Below, piece by piece: positions 50,534-62,254 of a stretch of 64,000 nt of DNA. Numbering within the stretch: the stretch's first letter is position 1; the number at the start of each line of letters is the position of its first letter. The stretch spans positions 58,088,024-58,152,023 of the forward strand of contig NC_085845.1 in assembly GCF_035594765.1 (NCBI RefSeq), given 5' to 3'. The DNA comes from Anolis carolinensis. Lineage: Eukaryota. Position numbers and translations under genes: made by a program. Under the pieces are notes generated by a model. It ran no database searches, was not told the origin of the DNA, and worked only from the letters and a program-made list of their open reading frames with translations.

Positions 50534-51098
50534 ATTGAGGTGGCTTGCCCCAGGGAAGGCATGACACAACTTTATATCTCAAACTCCGTAGTTACTAATA
50601 TACAAAGGCATATACTACCTCTAATACCAGGATGATATAGAGATAGTTAACCCGTAGCCATTGATGACCCCATCCTCCATTAATTTATCTAGTTAGCCCT
50701 CCACATTTATTGAGATTAAGGGCACAATACCCTGCAAAAGTAGAGAACCCAAAATTAAGCCAAACAAGATTATTGAATTTAGTGGGGCTGGAGCAATTGT
50801 ATAACAGTTTACTTCATGAATGTAGATAGCTAATACAGCCAAAAACTGTAGCAAAGGCTGCAGGAATCATGGCTCATCAGGCACCTATAAAGGGGGACAT
50901 AGATAAGAAACTTGTAGGCACTATGTCAAAGGCTCTATCTTATGAAAAGAAGTGTTATAGATTTTGGCAGACCTTAGCTAATGGAATATAATTGTCCCAG
51001 GCTCCCAAAGCAGACTATTTTACAAGAAAGCGGCATACTGGGGGTTAAACAAGACAGAAAGGGCTTAGGAATCTGAAAATTGGGCTGGTTGTAATGGA

Positions 51099-51450
51099 GG
51101 CTGGATCTACACTGCCCTATATCCCAGGATCTGATCCGAGATTATCTGCTTTGAATTGTATTATATGAGTTTACATTGCCTGATAATTAGGGATAAGAAG
51201 ATAATCTGGGATCAGATCCTGGGATACAGGACAGTGTAGATCCAGCTGGAGACAAAGGCCTATAGTGACCTAGATAATATACTGCCAGAGAAGCAGAATA
51301 AGGCTGGATTGACACTGCCCTATATCCTAGGATCTGATCCCAGATTATCTTCTTAACCCAAATTATCTGGCAGTGTGGACTCATATAACCCAGTTCAAAT
51401 CAGATAATGTGGGATTGAATTCTGGGATATAGGGCAATGTAAATCCAGCC
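51099..51450. mobile_element. Two adjacent PIF/Harbinger-type MITEs (51099-51247, 51302-51450); a partial third at ~62020-62131
   Basis: TIRs GGCTGGATCTACACTGCC / CAGTGTAGATCCAGC, 3-bp flanks (GGA/GGA, TAA/TTA). Confidence 0.8.
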
Positions 51451-51567
51451 TTATGTTTGCATATTGGTCACTATAGATTCAGTTGTGTAGAAAATTTGAA
51501 CAGAAGGTTAAGATCAATAAAATAATAGACATGAGTTCTGAGGGATACAGATGGTCAGCTCTGTGTA

Positions 51568-51909
51568 CAGTGTTCCCTCACTACTTCGCAGTTCACTTTT
51601 CACGGATTCGCTGTTTCACGGTTTTTCAATAAACTCTAAAAGACTATTATAAATTATAAAAAATACAATTTACAGCCTAAGGAAGGGAGGAAGGAGAAGC
51701 CAAAGGGACAGAAAAGGAGGCCAAGTGGCAACAGGAAGAGAAGGAGGCAATTTATCAACACACGATTGGTTGATAAAGGCTTAAAATAGTGTATAACTAC
51801 TAAAATAATGTATAAACATTAAAATAAATATAGTGTCTCTACTTTGCGGATTTTCACTTATTGCGGGTGGTCCTGGAACCTAACCCCAGCAATAAGTGAG
51901 GGAACACTG
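51568..51909 (+). mobile_element. Tigger-like MITE
   Basis: TIRs CAGTGTTCCCTCAC / GTGAGGGAACACTG, TA TSD. Confidence 0.9.
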
Positions 51910-52141
51910 TAGTTAACACCACCTGGTAACTCAAAACCATAGTAATGGCTGGAAAAACAAGAAGAATGAGATGGTCCTGCTTTTTCTGAACATATGGTCA
52001 GAGTGAACTTGAAGTACAATGACTAGTTAGTAGTGATATTGGTATGATTATTATTTGAATGTATATTTGCTCAGATATCAAATCAGGATGTCTAGGAAAA
52101 GAGATCCTATAACAGATGGCAATGTGAAATAAAGATGATGG

Positions 52142-53169
52142 TGATGAGATCATTTTCTCACAGAAAATGGCGACCCACGCCAGACCCAGGAGGCTAGCAC
52201 AACACCTGGTGAGCTTGCGAGAAGCAAAATAAAGATTTCCCTATTCCCAATAAAAAGCTCACCAAGTTTGAAGCAGAAGACACAGAGTTTATTCTGGTCC
52301 AGCTGGAGCAGGATGACGGCAGCAATAAGTTGCACGAAGAACTGGCATGCCATTACACAGAAAAATACACATTTTATACTTTTGCATTTTGAATTTCCCG
52401 CTACCGCCCACCTGGCCAGTTTCTCACTGATTGGTCGGGGGAGTCCCTGGCGTCAGGAGGCAGGAGAAGCGGTCTGGGGAGCTTGCGCACCTTAGCCAAT
52501 GGGAGCGTGAGCCCCACCTGTGACATCTCTCCCTCGCTAGCCAATGGGGGAGATGGAGGCGTGGCAACAGGAGAAACAAAGGCAATCATATGTTGATAAC
52601 AGGATTAATGAGTGACCTTATGTTAGGTCCATTATCAAGCAGTCTGACGAGAGCCCCAGGGCCCTGCATGCCAGACCTGTCTATTGATATACTGATTGAA
52701 ATAACAAATCCCTTGGATGGGAGTCTGACACATGAATGTCAGTTCTATTGTCAAAAGAGCAGCAGCATCGGAAATCTTGATGGGATTAAAAATGATTCGG
52801 AATCTGAGGAAGGGAGATGGCTTTGTCTTGACAGCTGCGGCTTACCCTTACCTCCCTGTGGAGGAGGTAAACCATTTAGGTGAATGATTGGAATGTCCAA
52901 AGGTTGCTTCATTCTCAAATGGCCTGGCATTGCCCTCTGAGGTTCGAGAAGAAGTCCATTGTTTTATTTCCAGAGGGTGATCATGGTAATCCATACTTGT
53001 AGTATATGGTCTGAAGCATCCTGGTGGTGCTCAGGTCAGGATGGTGTGCTGGTCAAAAGTTCACATCAGGAAGGGAAATTCAGGGTTCCTGTGAGCCTGT
53101 GGAACTCCTGGCAGAAATCAGCTGTGTGTCAAAACAATGTGAGTGCGGGGGCTTGTGTGCTTGACATCA
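52142..53169 (-). mobile_element. Probable solo LTR (~1 kb)
   Basis: TGATG...CATCA ends; on the minus strand CCAAT (~52430), TATAAAA (52378-72) and AATAAA (52293-88) fall in LTR order; TSD imperfect. Confidence 0.5.
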
Positions 53170-53299
53170 ATGAGACAGAAGCTTTACAAGATTGGGACTT
53201 TTTAAAGCTTAATTAATATAGAAGCCAATTAGATATATGAAAGTGCAAGGCAAACTACATAGGAAATCCCTATGTATAAAAACAAAATGCTGTGGAAAA

Positions 53300-54230
53300 A
53301 GCATCAACAGTTGGTAGTACATGTAAAGTACAAAGAACTATGGTTGGAGATGGTGCATGCAAGCCGTTTTGTTGGTCATCTAGGAATGAAAAAACCACCT
53401 GACAATTGATCCAAAACGTTTACTAGCCAACAGCAACCTTTGCTGTTGATCAACCTTTCTTGAATGTATGATAACCTGCCAACATATTGGGACAGGTCAG
53501 GTGAAAACAAAGCTGGATTTCATCCCATGCCTATATAACTGAGTTTTAAAAGAGTATGAATTGATATGTTTGAGATCTAAAGCAATTAGAAAGGGGAACA
53601 AATCTATTTTAGCTTTGATGATCTATTACTTTATCAAACCTTGAAATAGATGTTGTGGCCAAATGACATGGTGAAACTCTTGTGCAGATTAAGATTTTCT
53701 TAGTGAATTTCTTTCTGATTTGGGAACATCCTTACTCTATGACGAGACTGTGGGAAATGTGTGGTGTTAAGTACCTCACCCTTACCTCACCTAAAACTAA
53801 TGGGATAGTTGAGAAATTGAATAGAGTAAAATACAAAAAGCTTATGTAAAAGAACCAGAATGATTGAGATATAAAACTACAACACCTCCTGTTCACTTAT
53901 CAAGCAATCTCCCAAGACAGTTTAGGTTTTAGTCACTTTGACTTATTATATGGAAAGAAGAAAAGAGGACCTTTGGATTTAGTCAAGCGAGGTTGGGAAG
54001 ATCAACTGCCAGAAGCAATTATAAACTTTGTCTTCAAATTTCAAACACCACTAAAGAAAGGCTATGTATATGACTGGAGATATTTTTCAAAAAGATCAAA
54101 TGAAACAAAATAACTGCTGTGACCAGAATGTGAGAGCACAGTTATGAAGCTGGTGACAAAGTGCTGACTCTCCAGTCTGAGAAAAGAAATAAGCTGTAGT
54201 TTACATGGGATGGGCTTATTAAGATACAGG
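53300..54230 (+). pseudogene. Decayed Gypsy integrase
   Basis: Fragments QLVV.VKY, H...F.GHLGMKK, NGIVEKLNR, LQHLLFTY, GFS.FDLLYG, RGPLDLVK.GWE, GDKVL, WDG with many stops and frameshifts. Confidence 0.8.
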
Positions 54231-56404
54231 CTAAAATGGTTATGGTGTTAAGGAGGTCTCATTGTCCTTAATTGAGACTTCTGGCAGTTCCAATAGAGAA
54301 ATAACTTCTGAAGGAGAGAGGTTTTACATTGTTGCTTTAACATTTCATGGATCATAAAGTATCAGGAATATAAAGTTTGTTATATTAAAGGATCTCAGCA
54401 AAGTTGCTTTGTGTTTTGGAATAATGGAATAGCATAGAAACCTGATGATCAAAAATATTACTGAAATGCTTAAAAGAGGATCGATCATTAAGAGGAATTG
54501 TCTTTACATTATAGCCTTTCGGTTGTGAAAAAGCAACTATCACTAAATGTGTTAAGTATATAACAAAGCTTGATTCAATCACTGCCGCAATAAATCTGCA
54601 CTTTTTTTTAAAGCTGGTTCAAAATTTAAGACATTTTTTAATTCCATGGCAGAACAAATGTGAGAAACCTGGGTAATTAAAAACCTGTGCATGCTGAACT
54701 CAGAAATGAAAGTCATCTCATTTAAATAGGAAATATAAGTCTGGGAAGTACACAGCTTAATTGGGGACAAAAAATAACAAACATTGCTTTTTTTTAAAAA
54801 AAAATCACCTTACTAGTTTGCAATTAAACATCTGTTAAAATCCAAGTTTTTTTATTGAGCTTCTGAAAAGCAAAACATAGTGAATAAGCTCCAGAAAACT
54901 GTAAGCAGTTCATTGACCCAGAAAAGTCTTTAGGTCTTTTGTTTTGATAAATAGAGACCCCCTCACAGTAGTATCTCATGTGAATAAAGAAAGAAAAGGC
55001 AGTGGAATATGAGAAAGAACATCTGATATTCAAAATCAGAAGTCCCGCTAGGTGTACACAAAATCTTGGGTACATCTGCAGCTCTTTGGATCAGTCATGA
55101 AAATGTTTCAGACATAAAGTTATGGTATTTTTTAAAATCCACCTTGTCAAACTTTTTTCTAAGAAAGAACAAAATTGTGAACTACCTTAGATAGTATTCA
55201 AGGATGCTCTTGTTTAAAAACTGTGACCATGAATCCAAAAGTTACGGCCAAACAATGAACCTATCTAATAAGAATATCAAACTTAGCATTCAAATAATTT
55301 AGTTTCCACAGCACTCTGATGGAAAATGAAAAGCATAAGCAAAGCAACTGGATATTCACTATCCACGACAGAGACACACATTACATAAGTATTTTCATAG
55401 CTGAAGATTTTGGAGCAAGCATGCCAAAATGGATTTGAGCAAGTAGCCAGGAAAAGAAATACACTAGATTCTCAGTTAACAGTAACCCATGGGGATTGGT
55501 AGATGCTGAATAAATGTAGTTTCTGGTTGATCAAGAGTTACTATTAAAAACAGGCATCACTAATACTGTATCTCTATACAATACCATAAACTCTGTATTG
55601 ATTTTATTTATTTATTTATTTGCTACATTTATATGTTGTCCTTCTCATTCCAAAGGGGACTTAGAGCGGCTTACATATTACATTCACATACAATACATTA
55701 TATTATTAGCATAGTACAATACTAGCATTAAATTACTATATTGTACTATATCATTACATTGTAGTATTAATACTGAAATACAGCAATTAAAAGCTATTTA
55801 AGACAAATAAAGACAAACACAGCTTTACTGTATTATAAAAACACCTTTGTAAATGCATAATAATTATAAATCTTTATTTTGCCTGCTTACAACATTATAC
55901 AAAAGACAATACAAAACAATATACATATGTAAAACAACCTATAAAAACAAATTTGCAATAAGAAATAAATAAACATATTTAAAAACATTTATCTAAGACA
56001 ATTATTGCAGGCAACTCAACAATTTACAGTATTTCTTGGGTGGGGAGAGGGGGTTGTCAGTTGCTTGAGAGTTCCAGTTGCAGTTAACTGAGAGTCTACT
56101 GTATTTTTATGTTGGCAGGATGCAACCTGATGACAGCATAACGCTTCACTGATAAAAGAGCACACGAAGATGCCTGATAGATTTAATTATGAAAACGAGA
56201 CATCTGCAAAAGTTCACTTCAAAGCCTTCAACTTGGTTCCAAGACAGACAATACTGGCTTTAATAAAATGTTGTTTTTAAGGGAGTAAGGAAGATGATGG
56301 AACTGGCTTTTGAAAATAATGTTCTCCTTTCCAAATTTAGCTGAAAATGTGGTGCTTGCTTCCAAAAGGAACCAAATTGATCTGAAGCAATGGCATGGCA
56401 TCCT

Positions 56405-56530
56405 AGACCTGGAAGTGACCCCAAAGACCGTTCAGTCCATTTTGCCATGCTGGAACACAGAATCAAAGCATCCCTGACAGATGGCCATTGGCCTCTTCTT
56501 AAAAGACTCCAGAGAAGAAGTCTCCACTTA
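56405..56530 (-). mobile_element. CR1 3'-end fragment
   Basis: Similar to 12150-12280. Confidence 0.65.
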
Positions 56531-56763
56531 TCCTTAGGAAGTTTTACAGGAATTGGAAAAAATGTGCTGAAAATATGAATCCTTTTGCTATAAAATCCAA
56601 TTTCCCAAGCCCTGTACCGAAGTGATTTGATACATCCGGATAGCTTTGAACTGTAGATAACATTCAATGCCTTGCCAATGATGTGCTGCCACCTTACAAC
56701 TCATTTTCCAATATATATGGGAAACACACTTCATGAATGTAAATGCAGTTTGATATGTTAATG

Positions 56764-56848
56764 CGGGCATGGGCAAACTTCCAGCTGTTAGGAATTGTAG
56801 GAGTTGAAGTCCAAAACACCTGGAGGACCGAAGTTTGCCCATGCCTGC
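56764..56848. mobile_element. Internally deleted hAT MITE (same family as 15626-15760)
   Basis: GGCATGGGCAAACTT...AAGTTTGCCCATGCCTG. Confidence 0.8.
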
Positions 56849-56869
56849 ATTAACTCCTATGGAAGGAAT

Positions 56870-58150
56870 CCTGAGATTTGCAGCTTAATGAAGGCACCAG
56901 CCCTCTTTGACAGAGAAGGCGAAAGACCTGGAAAAACTACAACTCCATATAATCATGCCATGGATTTGCAGCAAGCCAAGGACCAACCCTATTTCACAGA
57001 GAAGGCGAAAGACCTGTTAAAACTATAGCTCCATGTAATTAAGCCATGGGTTTGCAGCATGCTAAGGCACCAACCCTCTTTGGCAGAGAAGCAGAAAGAC
57101 CTGTTAAAACTACAACTCCATATTTTTAAGCCATGGATTTGCAAAGAGCCTAAACCTGTTAAAACTACAAATCCATATTATTAAGCCATAGATTTTTAGT
57201 TTGCTGAGGACCAAGCTTCTTTGGTAGAGAAGGCGAAAGACCTGTTTAAACTACAGTAGAGTCTCACTTATCCAACACTTGCTTATCCAACATTCTGGAT
57301 TATCCAACGCATTTTTGTAGTCAATGTTTTCAATATATCGTGATATTTTGGTGCTAAATTCATCAATACAGTAATTACTACATAGCATTACTGCGTATAG
57401 AACCACTTTTTCTGCCAAATTTGTTGTCTAACATGATGTTTTGGTGCTTCATTTGTAAAATCATAACCTAATTTGATGTTTAATAGGCTTTTCCTTAATG
57501 CCTCCTTATTATCCAACATATTCGCTTATCCAACATTCTGCCGGCCCGTTTATGTTGGATAAGTGAGACTCTGCTGTACATGTAATTAAGCCATGGGTTT
57601 CCAGCATGCTAAGGCACCAACCCTCTTTGGCAGAGAAGCCAAAAAAACCTGTTAAAACTACAACTTCATCTTATTAAACCATGGATTTGCAGCAAGCCTA
57701 AACCTGTTTGACAAAGATGGCTAAAATACCTGTTAAAACTACAACTCCATATTATTAAGCCATGGATTTGTAGTTTGCTGGGGACCAACCCCCTTTGGCA
57801 GAAAAGCCGAAAGACCTGTTAAAACTACAACTCCATGTAATTATGTCATGGATTTGTAGTTTGCTGGGGACCAACCCTCTTTGGCAAAGAAGCTCAAAGA
57901 CTTGTTAAAACTACAATTCCATGTCATTAAGCCATGGATTTGTAGTTTGCTGGGGACCAACCCCCTTTGGCAAAGAAGCCAAAAGACTTGTTAAAACTAC
58001 AACTCCATGTAATTAAGCCATGGATTTGTAGTTCGCTGGGGACCAACTCCTTTTGGCAGAGAAGGCTGGTCGAACTACATTATCCACATTATGAAGCCAT
58101 GCCTATCCTCAAGCCTTCTTGGACAGAGAAGCTGGCCAAAACGAGTAACT
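56870..58150. repeat. Minisatellite, ~86-bp unit, interrupted by a MITE
   Basis: Unit aaagacctgttaaaactacaactccatgtaattaagccatggatttgtagtttgctggggaccaaccctctttggcagagaagcc; period 86 between 57796, 57882 and 57968. Confidence 0.9.
57254..57576 (-). mobile_element. MITE family A copy 5 (inverted), inserted in the minisatellite
   Basis: TIRs and TA TSD; near-identical to the reverse complement of 36504-36823. Confidence 0.92.
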
Positions 58151-58189
58151 CTACACAGCACTGAGCCAGGGGCTGGCTGAAGTGGCATT

Positions 58190-59010
58190 GAAGCGGCTTA
58201 ATTCCATCGGGTGTGGACGCACTGATTCTTCAGGGGACATGGAAGCAGATGCAGGCTTACCTCAGAAAGGAAGAAAGAGGAGGGAGGGAAGCCAAGGCAG
58301 GGCAAGGGCGGTCTCGATGGCGATTGAACACGAAGCCTGGCTTGTTCCAGAGGGTGAAGGAAGCGGGGGAAGAAGCCCTTCGCGGCAACCTGCTCCGAAT
58401 GGAGGCTTTTTTTCCCCTCTTCTCCGGGAAGGAGAGGCTCCTCTCCTCTCAGTCTTTGCCTCCTTCTTCGCCTTTCGCGCCTCTTTGTCTCCCTCAGAGC
58501 GCTTCTTCTCTCTCCATATTCCTTTCCCCCAAAGAGGGCTGATGCAGGGAAGGAGGAGAAAAGAGGAGGAGGAGGAGGAGGAAAAGGGCCCTCCTTCTCT
58601 CTCTCTCTCTTTCTCTCTTCCTGGAAACTCCTCGCCGCCTCCCTCGTCTGGCCTCTCCGGTGTCTCCCTTTTCTCTCTGTGAGGAAGAGAGCCAGCAAAC
58701 CCGCCTCCGTCCTAAAGGGGGGGGGGGGGCAAAAAAAAAGGAGAAAGCCACACACACACAAAATGCCCTCCCTCTTCTTCCCTAAGCCAGCCAGCCTTCC
58801 TTCCCAACCCTCAGCATATCTCCATTCCCCGCCCATCAACTCCTGCTTTGCCTCCTTCTTCCCTTCCCAGCCCCATTCGCCGCCCACTCTTTTCCCTCAG
58901 GCGGACCGAGTTCCCCCTTTCCCGCCCAACCTTCCTTCCTTCCTCTCAGGACTGTCTTGGTTTGAAAAAATGGAGAACAGGCTCATGTTTTGAATCCGCT
59001 TCCTCCTCGC
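58190..59010 (-). promoter_or_regulatory. CpG-rich promoter region with GC boxes
   Basis: Raised GC and CpG content; GGGCGG-type motifs on the minus strand near 58700, 58828, 58880 and 58921; no obvious TATA. Confidence 0.7.
58261..58700 (-). other. SH3RF1: Putative non-coding exon 1 (5'UTR) of SH3RF1
   Basis: Strong donor GAG|GTAAGC at 58261/58260 inside the GC/CpG-rich island upstream of the ATG exon; the 5' limit (TSS) is not determinable. Confidence 0.7.
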
Positions 59011-59084
59011 TTCTTCCACACAGCCCTATATCCCAGAATATCAAGGCAGGAAAGGTTGTAAAGCAACGTTTTTGGGTTGGAGAG

Positions 59085-59165
59085 GCCTGTTATTGAACCC
59101 CAGTTTAACTGCACAACAAGCAGGTTTCAGATCAGGGAAAAACTATACAGCTCAAATTCTTAATC
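59085..59165 (+). mobile_element. Short LINE RT fragment (Vingi/I-like)
   Basis: LTAQQAGFRSGKNYTAQILN matches the QxGFR motif of non-LTR RTs. Confidence 0.55.
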
Positions 59166-59469
59166 ATTGGCATCATTGGCTATCTAGATTGATCCGAAGG
59201 CATAACAAAAGGTCCCTTAGACCAATGACTTCACTTCTACGTAGAGAGGATGAAATGTTTAGTACTAATTGTGTGGGGAGAGTATAATGGAGTACTTAAA
59301 ATACCAAATTGTGAGCTTTTAAAATTCTTTTTTTCAGGCATTCAATAACATTCATTATTGGGGTCTTTCCAGTACAAGACATATTTGGAGTTCAAGAAAA
59401 TAAACGCATAGGTGGTGAGTTACCATAGAAAGACTCAACCACTGAATTTCAGGTCATAAAATAGAAAAT

Positions 59470-59745
59470 GGAGCCCCTGGTGGCTCAGCAGATTAAACCA
59501 CTGAGCTGTTGAACTTGCTGAACGAAAGGTTGGTGGTTCAAATCCGGGGAGTGGGGTGAGCGCCCGCTGTTAGCCCCAGCTTCTGCCAACCTAGCAGTTT
59601 GAAAACATGCAAATCTGAGTAGATCGATAGGTGTCACTCCGGCGGGAAGGTAAAGGCGCTCCATGCAGTCATGCCAGCCACATGACCTTGGAGGTGTCTA
59701 CGGACAACACTGGCTCTTTGGCTTAGAAATGGAGATAAGCATCAT
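59470..59745 (+). mobile_element. Sauria SINE (near full length)
   Basis: tRNA head GGAGCCCCTGGTGGCTCAG...GGTTCAAATCC followed by the same body as 49453-49650. Confidence 0.9.
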
Positions 59746-59789
59746 GATGAGCGCCTTTACTCCCAACTTCTCCGCCAAACACCACACCA

Positions 59790-60430
59790 TACTTACCTTG
59801 TACATGAAATGGGTAGGCCAACTAGGGAAATGTTCTGAACCATTTTATAAAAAACTTAGATGCCTCTTCTTATTCACAGGAAAGTACATATCCTGGCAAT
59901 GGAGTCTGGATTTTGCACTAATTGAGCTTTCACTTGGTCATCAGAAACAGTCTTGTTCATACAAAGTCTAAGGTATAACAATGACACAGCTTCTTGTCTT
60001 TGCTCCAGTTCCGTCATTTCTTTGGCAGGGCTTGAATTAGATGAACCAGTGGGAAACACTGGAATTTCCAGTTTTCTCCGTTTTGGCCTGCAATCCAGGT
60101 CAAATTCCACCCCTACCCTCACTCCCACTTCGTCCCATACTGTAGGCTTTGCCTACAGGCTGTGGATAGGACAACTTGGTCACTTCCACTATGTCAGCTA
60201 TTGCAATGTAAATTTAGTAGAAGGGAGGTAATGATAGTGTGAATAATCATAATTTGGTTGAGATCATGTTTGCAGTTCTGGAGGGATTCTAATTTTTGCT
60301 TGTCATAGACCTGGCATGGGGATTTGGTTAATCAGTTAAAATTCATGTGTAAACCAGGATACTTGTTTTTGACCTGAACATTTTTGAGGGTGGTTTGAAC
60401 TGCTAAACCGCCCCCTTGGCTACGGACTTG
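59790..60430 (-). mobile_element. Second decayed hAT 5' fragment (paralog of 3010-4100)
   Basis: Aligns with 3035-3285 and 3950-4100; terminus CAAGTCCGTAGCC; continues KWFRTFP*LAY. Confidence 0.65.
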
Positions 60431-60611
60431 TCTGCAATATGTCGACTGTCTCTTAGAAAAAGTCAGGGAGATGCGCAGAGAATCTGTGAAAGAATTTCAG
60501 AGCTGTTTGACACAGCAAGATCAGTGGTGGAGTCTATGGGTGGAGAAGTGAGGATTCTTTACATCTGTTCAAGGCGGACTTGTAAAAGCAACATGCAGGC
60601 AGCTTCACCTA

Positions 60612-61016
60612 CCGTGTTTCCCCGAAAATAAGACAGTGTTTTATTAGTTTTATTTATACTAATTTTGCTCCCAAAGATGTGCTACGTCTTATTTTCAGGG
60701 GATGTCTTATTTTTCCATGAAGAAGAATTCACATTTATTGTTGAACAAAAAAATGAACATTTATTATATACTGTATAGTAGCCATCACAAACCAGCATAA
60801 CCAGACAAACTGAATTCTATCAAGAATTTCTTGTTACTACCATTATTTCCATGTACATTTACCAATCCTGCATGCTCTGGTGTTCTTTTTGGCGGGCATG
60901 CTTTCAAACAAAAAATTTGCTACATCTTACTTTCAGGGGACGCCTTATATTTAGCAATTCAGAAAAACCTCTACTAGGTCTTATTTTCAGGGGATGTCTC
61001 TTTTTTGGGGAAACGG
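60612..61016. mobile_element. Tc1/mariner (Tc2-like) MITE
   Basis: TA|CCGTGTTTCCCCGAAAATAAGAC ... GGGGAAACGG|TA. Confidence 0.85.
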
Positions 61017-61129
61017 TATACTAATGGAATATTATAGGCTAAATGTGTACATCCCATTTCTGGACTTTTTATGCAGTCAGCTTCAAGAAAGGTTTACAAG
61101 TCACAGAGAAGTAGTTCAGGAACTGTCTA

Positions 61130-61290
61130 GTGAACCCTGGTTAGTACTTTGATGGGAGACCACCAATGAATTCCAGGTGCTGTGGGATGCATACAGAGAA
61201 GGGAACTGGCAAAACCACCTGTGAATATTCCTTGCTTCAGACAACCATATGCCATAAATCAACAAGCAACTTGATGGTACATAAGCACAT
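61130..61290 (+). mobile_element. 5S rRNA-derived SINE (SINE3) remnant
   Basis: ccctggttagtactttgatgggagaccaccaatgaattccaggtgctgtgg resembles the 3' half of 5S rRNA, followed by a non-5S body. Confidence 0.7.
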
Positions 61291-62254
61291 AGAACGGGAT
61301 CGAGTTATGGCCCTGTCCGAAACAGTAGACAAGAAGATAGTGCCCTGCCTTCCACATACAGAAGGCTAATATTAATGAAACAATTAATGGCTTCAGATTG
61401 CGATTGGTTCATTTGCAGGGATGGCCAACTGTGTTTTTTGTTTATTATAGTCATTTCACACATTGCTGTCTGGCACTTACTGCTGTATCAAGTGAGGACT
61501 TGGATGGATGAAGTCTCACAGATTAAGCACTAAGGGCAGAATGTTCATTGTGTAATGGTAATTCATACAGTAGTTTTTCAAAGTAAGAGGTCCATTCATT
61601 TCACTGCAAACATCAAGGGATAAGCTATGAAGCGGAGGATATAACACACACATCCACACATTCCACGAGATGATCAGATAAAGATTACTTTTGTCACAGT
61701 TAAAAGGAGCTAAAAGGTGGGGACACGGACCATGATTTGAAATTGCCTGATTGTCATTAAACCAATCAATCCTGACAATGATTGATGCCCCAAAAGGGTG
61801 ACACAACACTGAAACTATAAAAGCAAATGTACTGTCACGGCTTGGGGTTCCTCCATTTTAGTGGCATCACTGGATGCCACATCCAGTTCTCTGTATTGTT
61901 TTCTACCTCTTTCTGAGTTTTTCAGACTAAAACTTGCTTTCTGAGAGCAAGAAATGCCCAATTAATTTGCTGTCCATGTCTCTAAAGCTGCACCTTTTAG
62001 GAGATTGGGGTGACAAGAATGCAGATTAACTGCAGTGAACTGGATTATATGAGTCTACGCTGCCATATAATCCAGTTTAATGCACTTAATCTGCATTCTG
62101 AAACTGGATTATATGGCAGTGTAGATCCAGCCTCAGTTACAGCCTCCAAGAGGTTGGGAAACTCCTTCTCCAAAACTACATCTCTCAATAACACATCCAG
62201 CTTTTCACATGGGAAAGGAAACTGCAGGTGAAAGGATTGTTTCTGATCTGAGGT

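Noticed and set aside
56870-58150. CRISPR-like array
   Set aside because: Units are head-to-tail with no unique spacers; eukaryotic context and no cas genes.
58182-58993. Long ORFs (166, 229 and 104 aa) in the GC-rich island
   Set aside because: Low-complexity purine/pyrimidine tracts in the promoter and 5'UTR with few stops by composition; no homology recognisable.
61130-61190. 5S rRNA gene
   Set aside because: Only a diverged 3' half followed by a SINE body.
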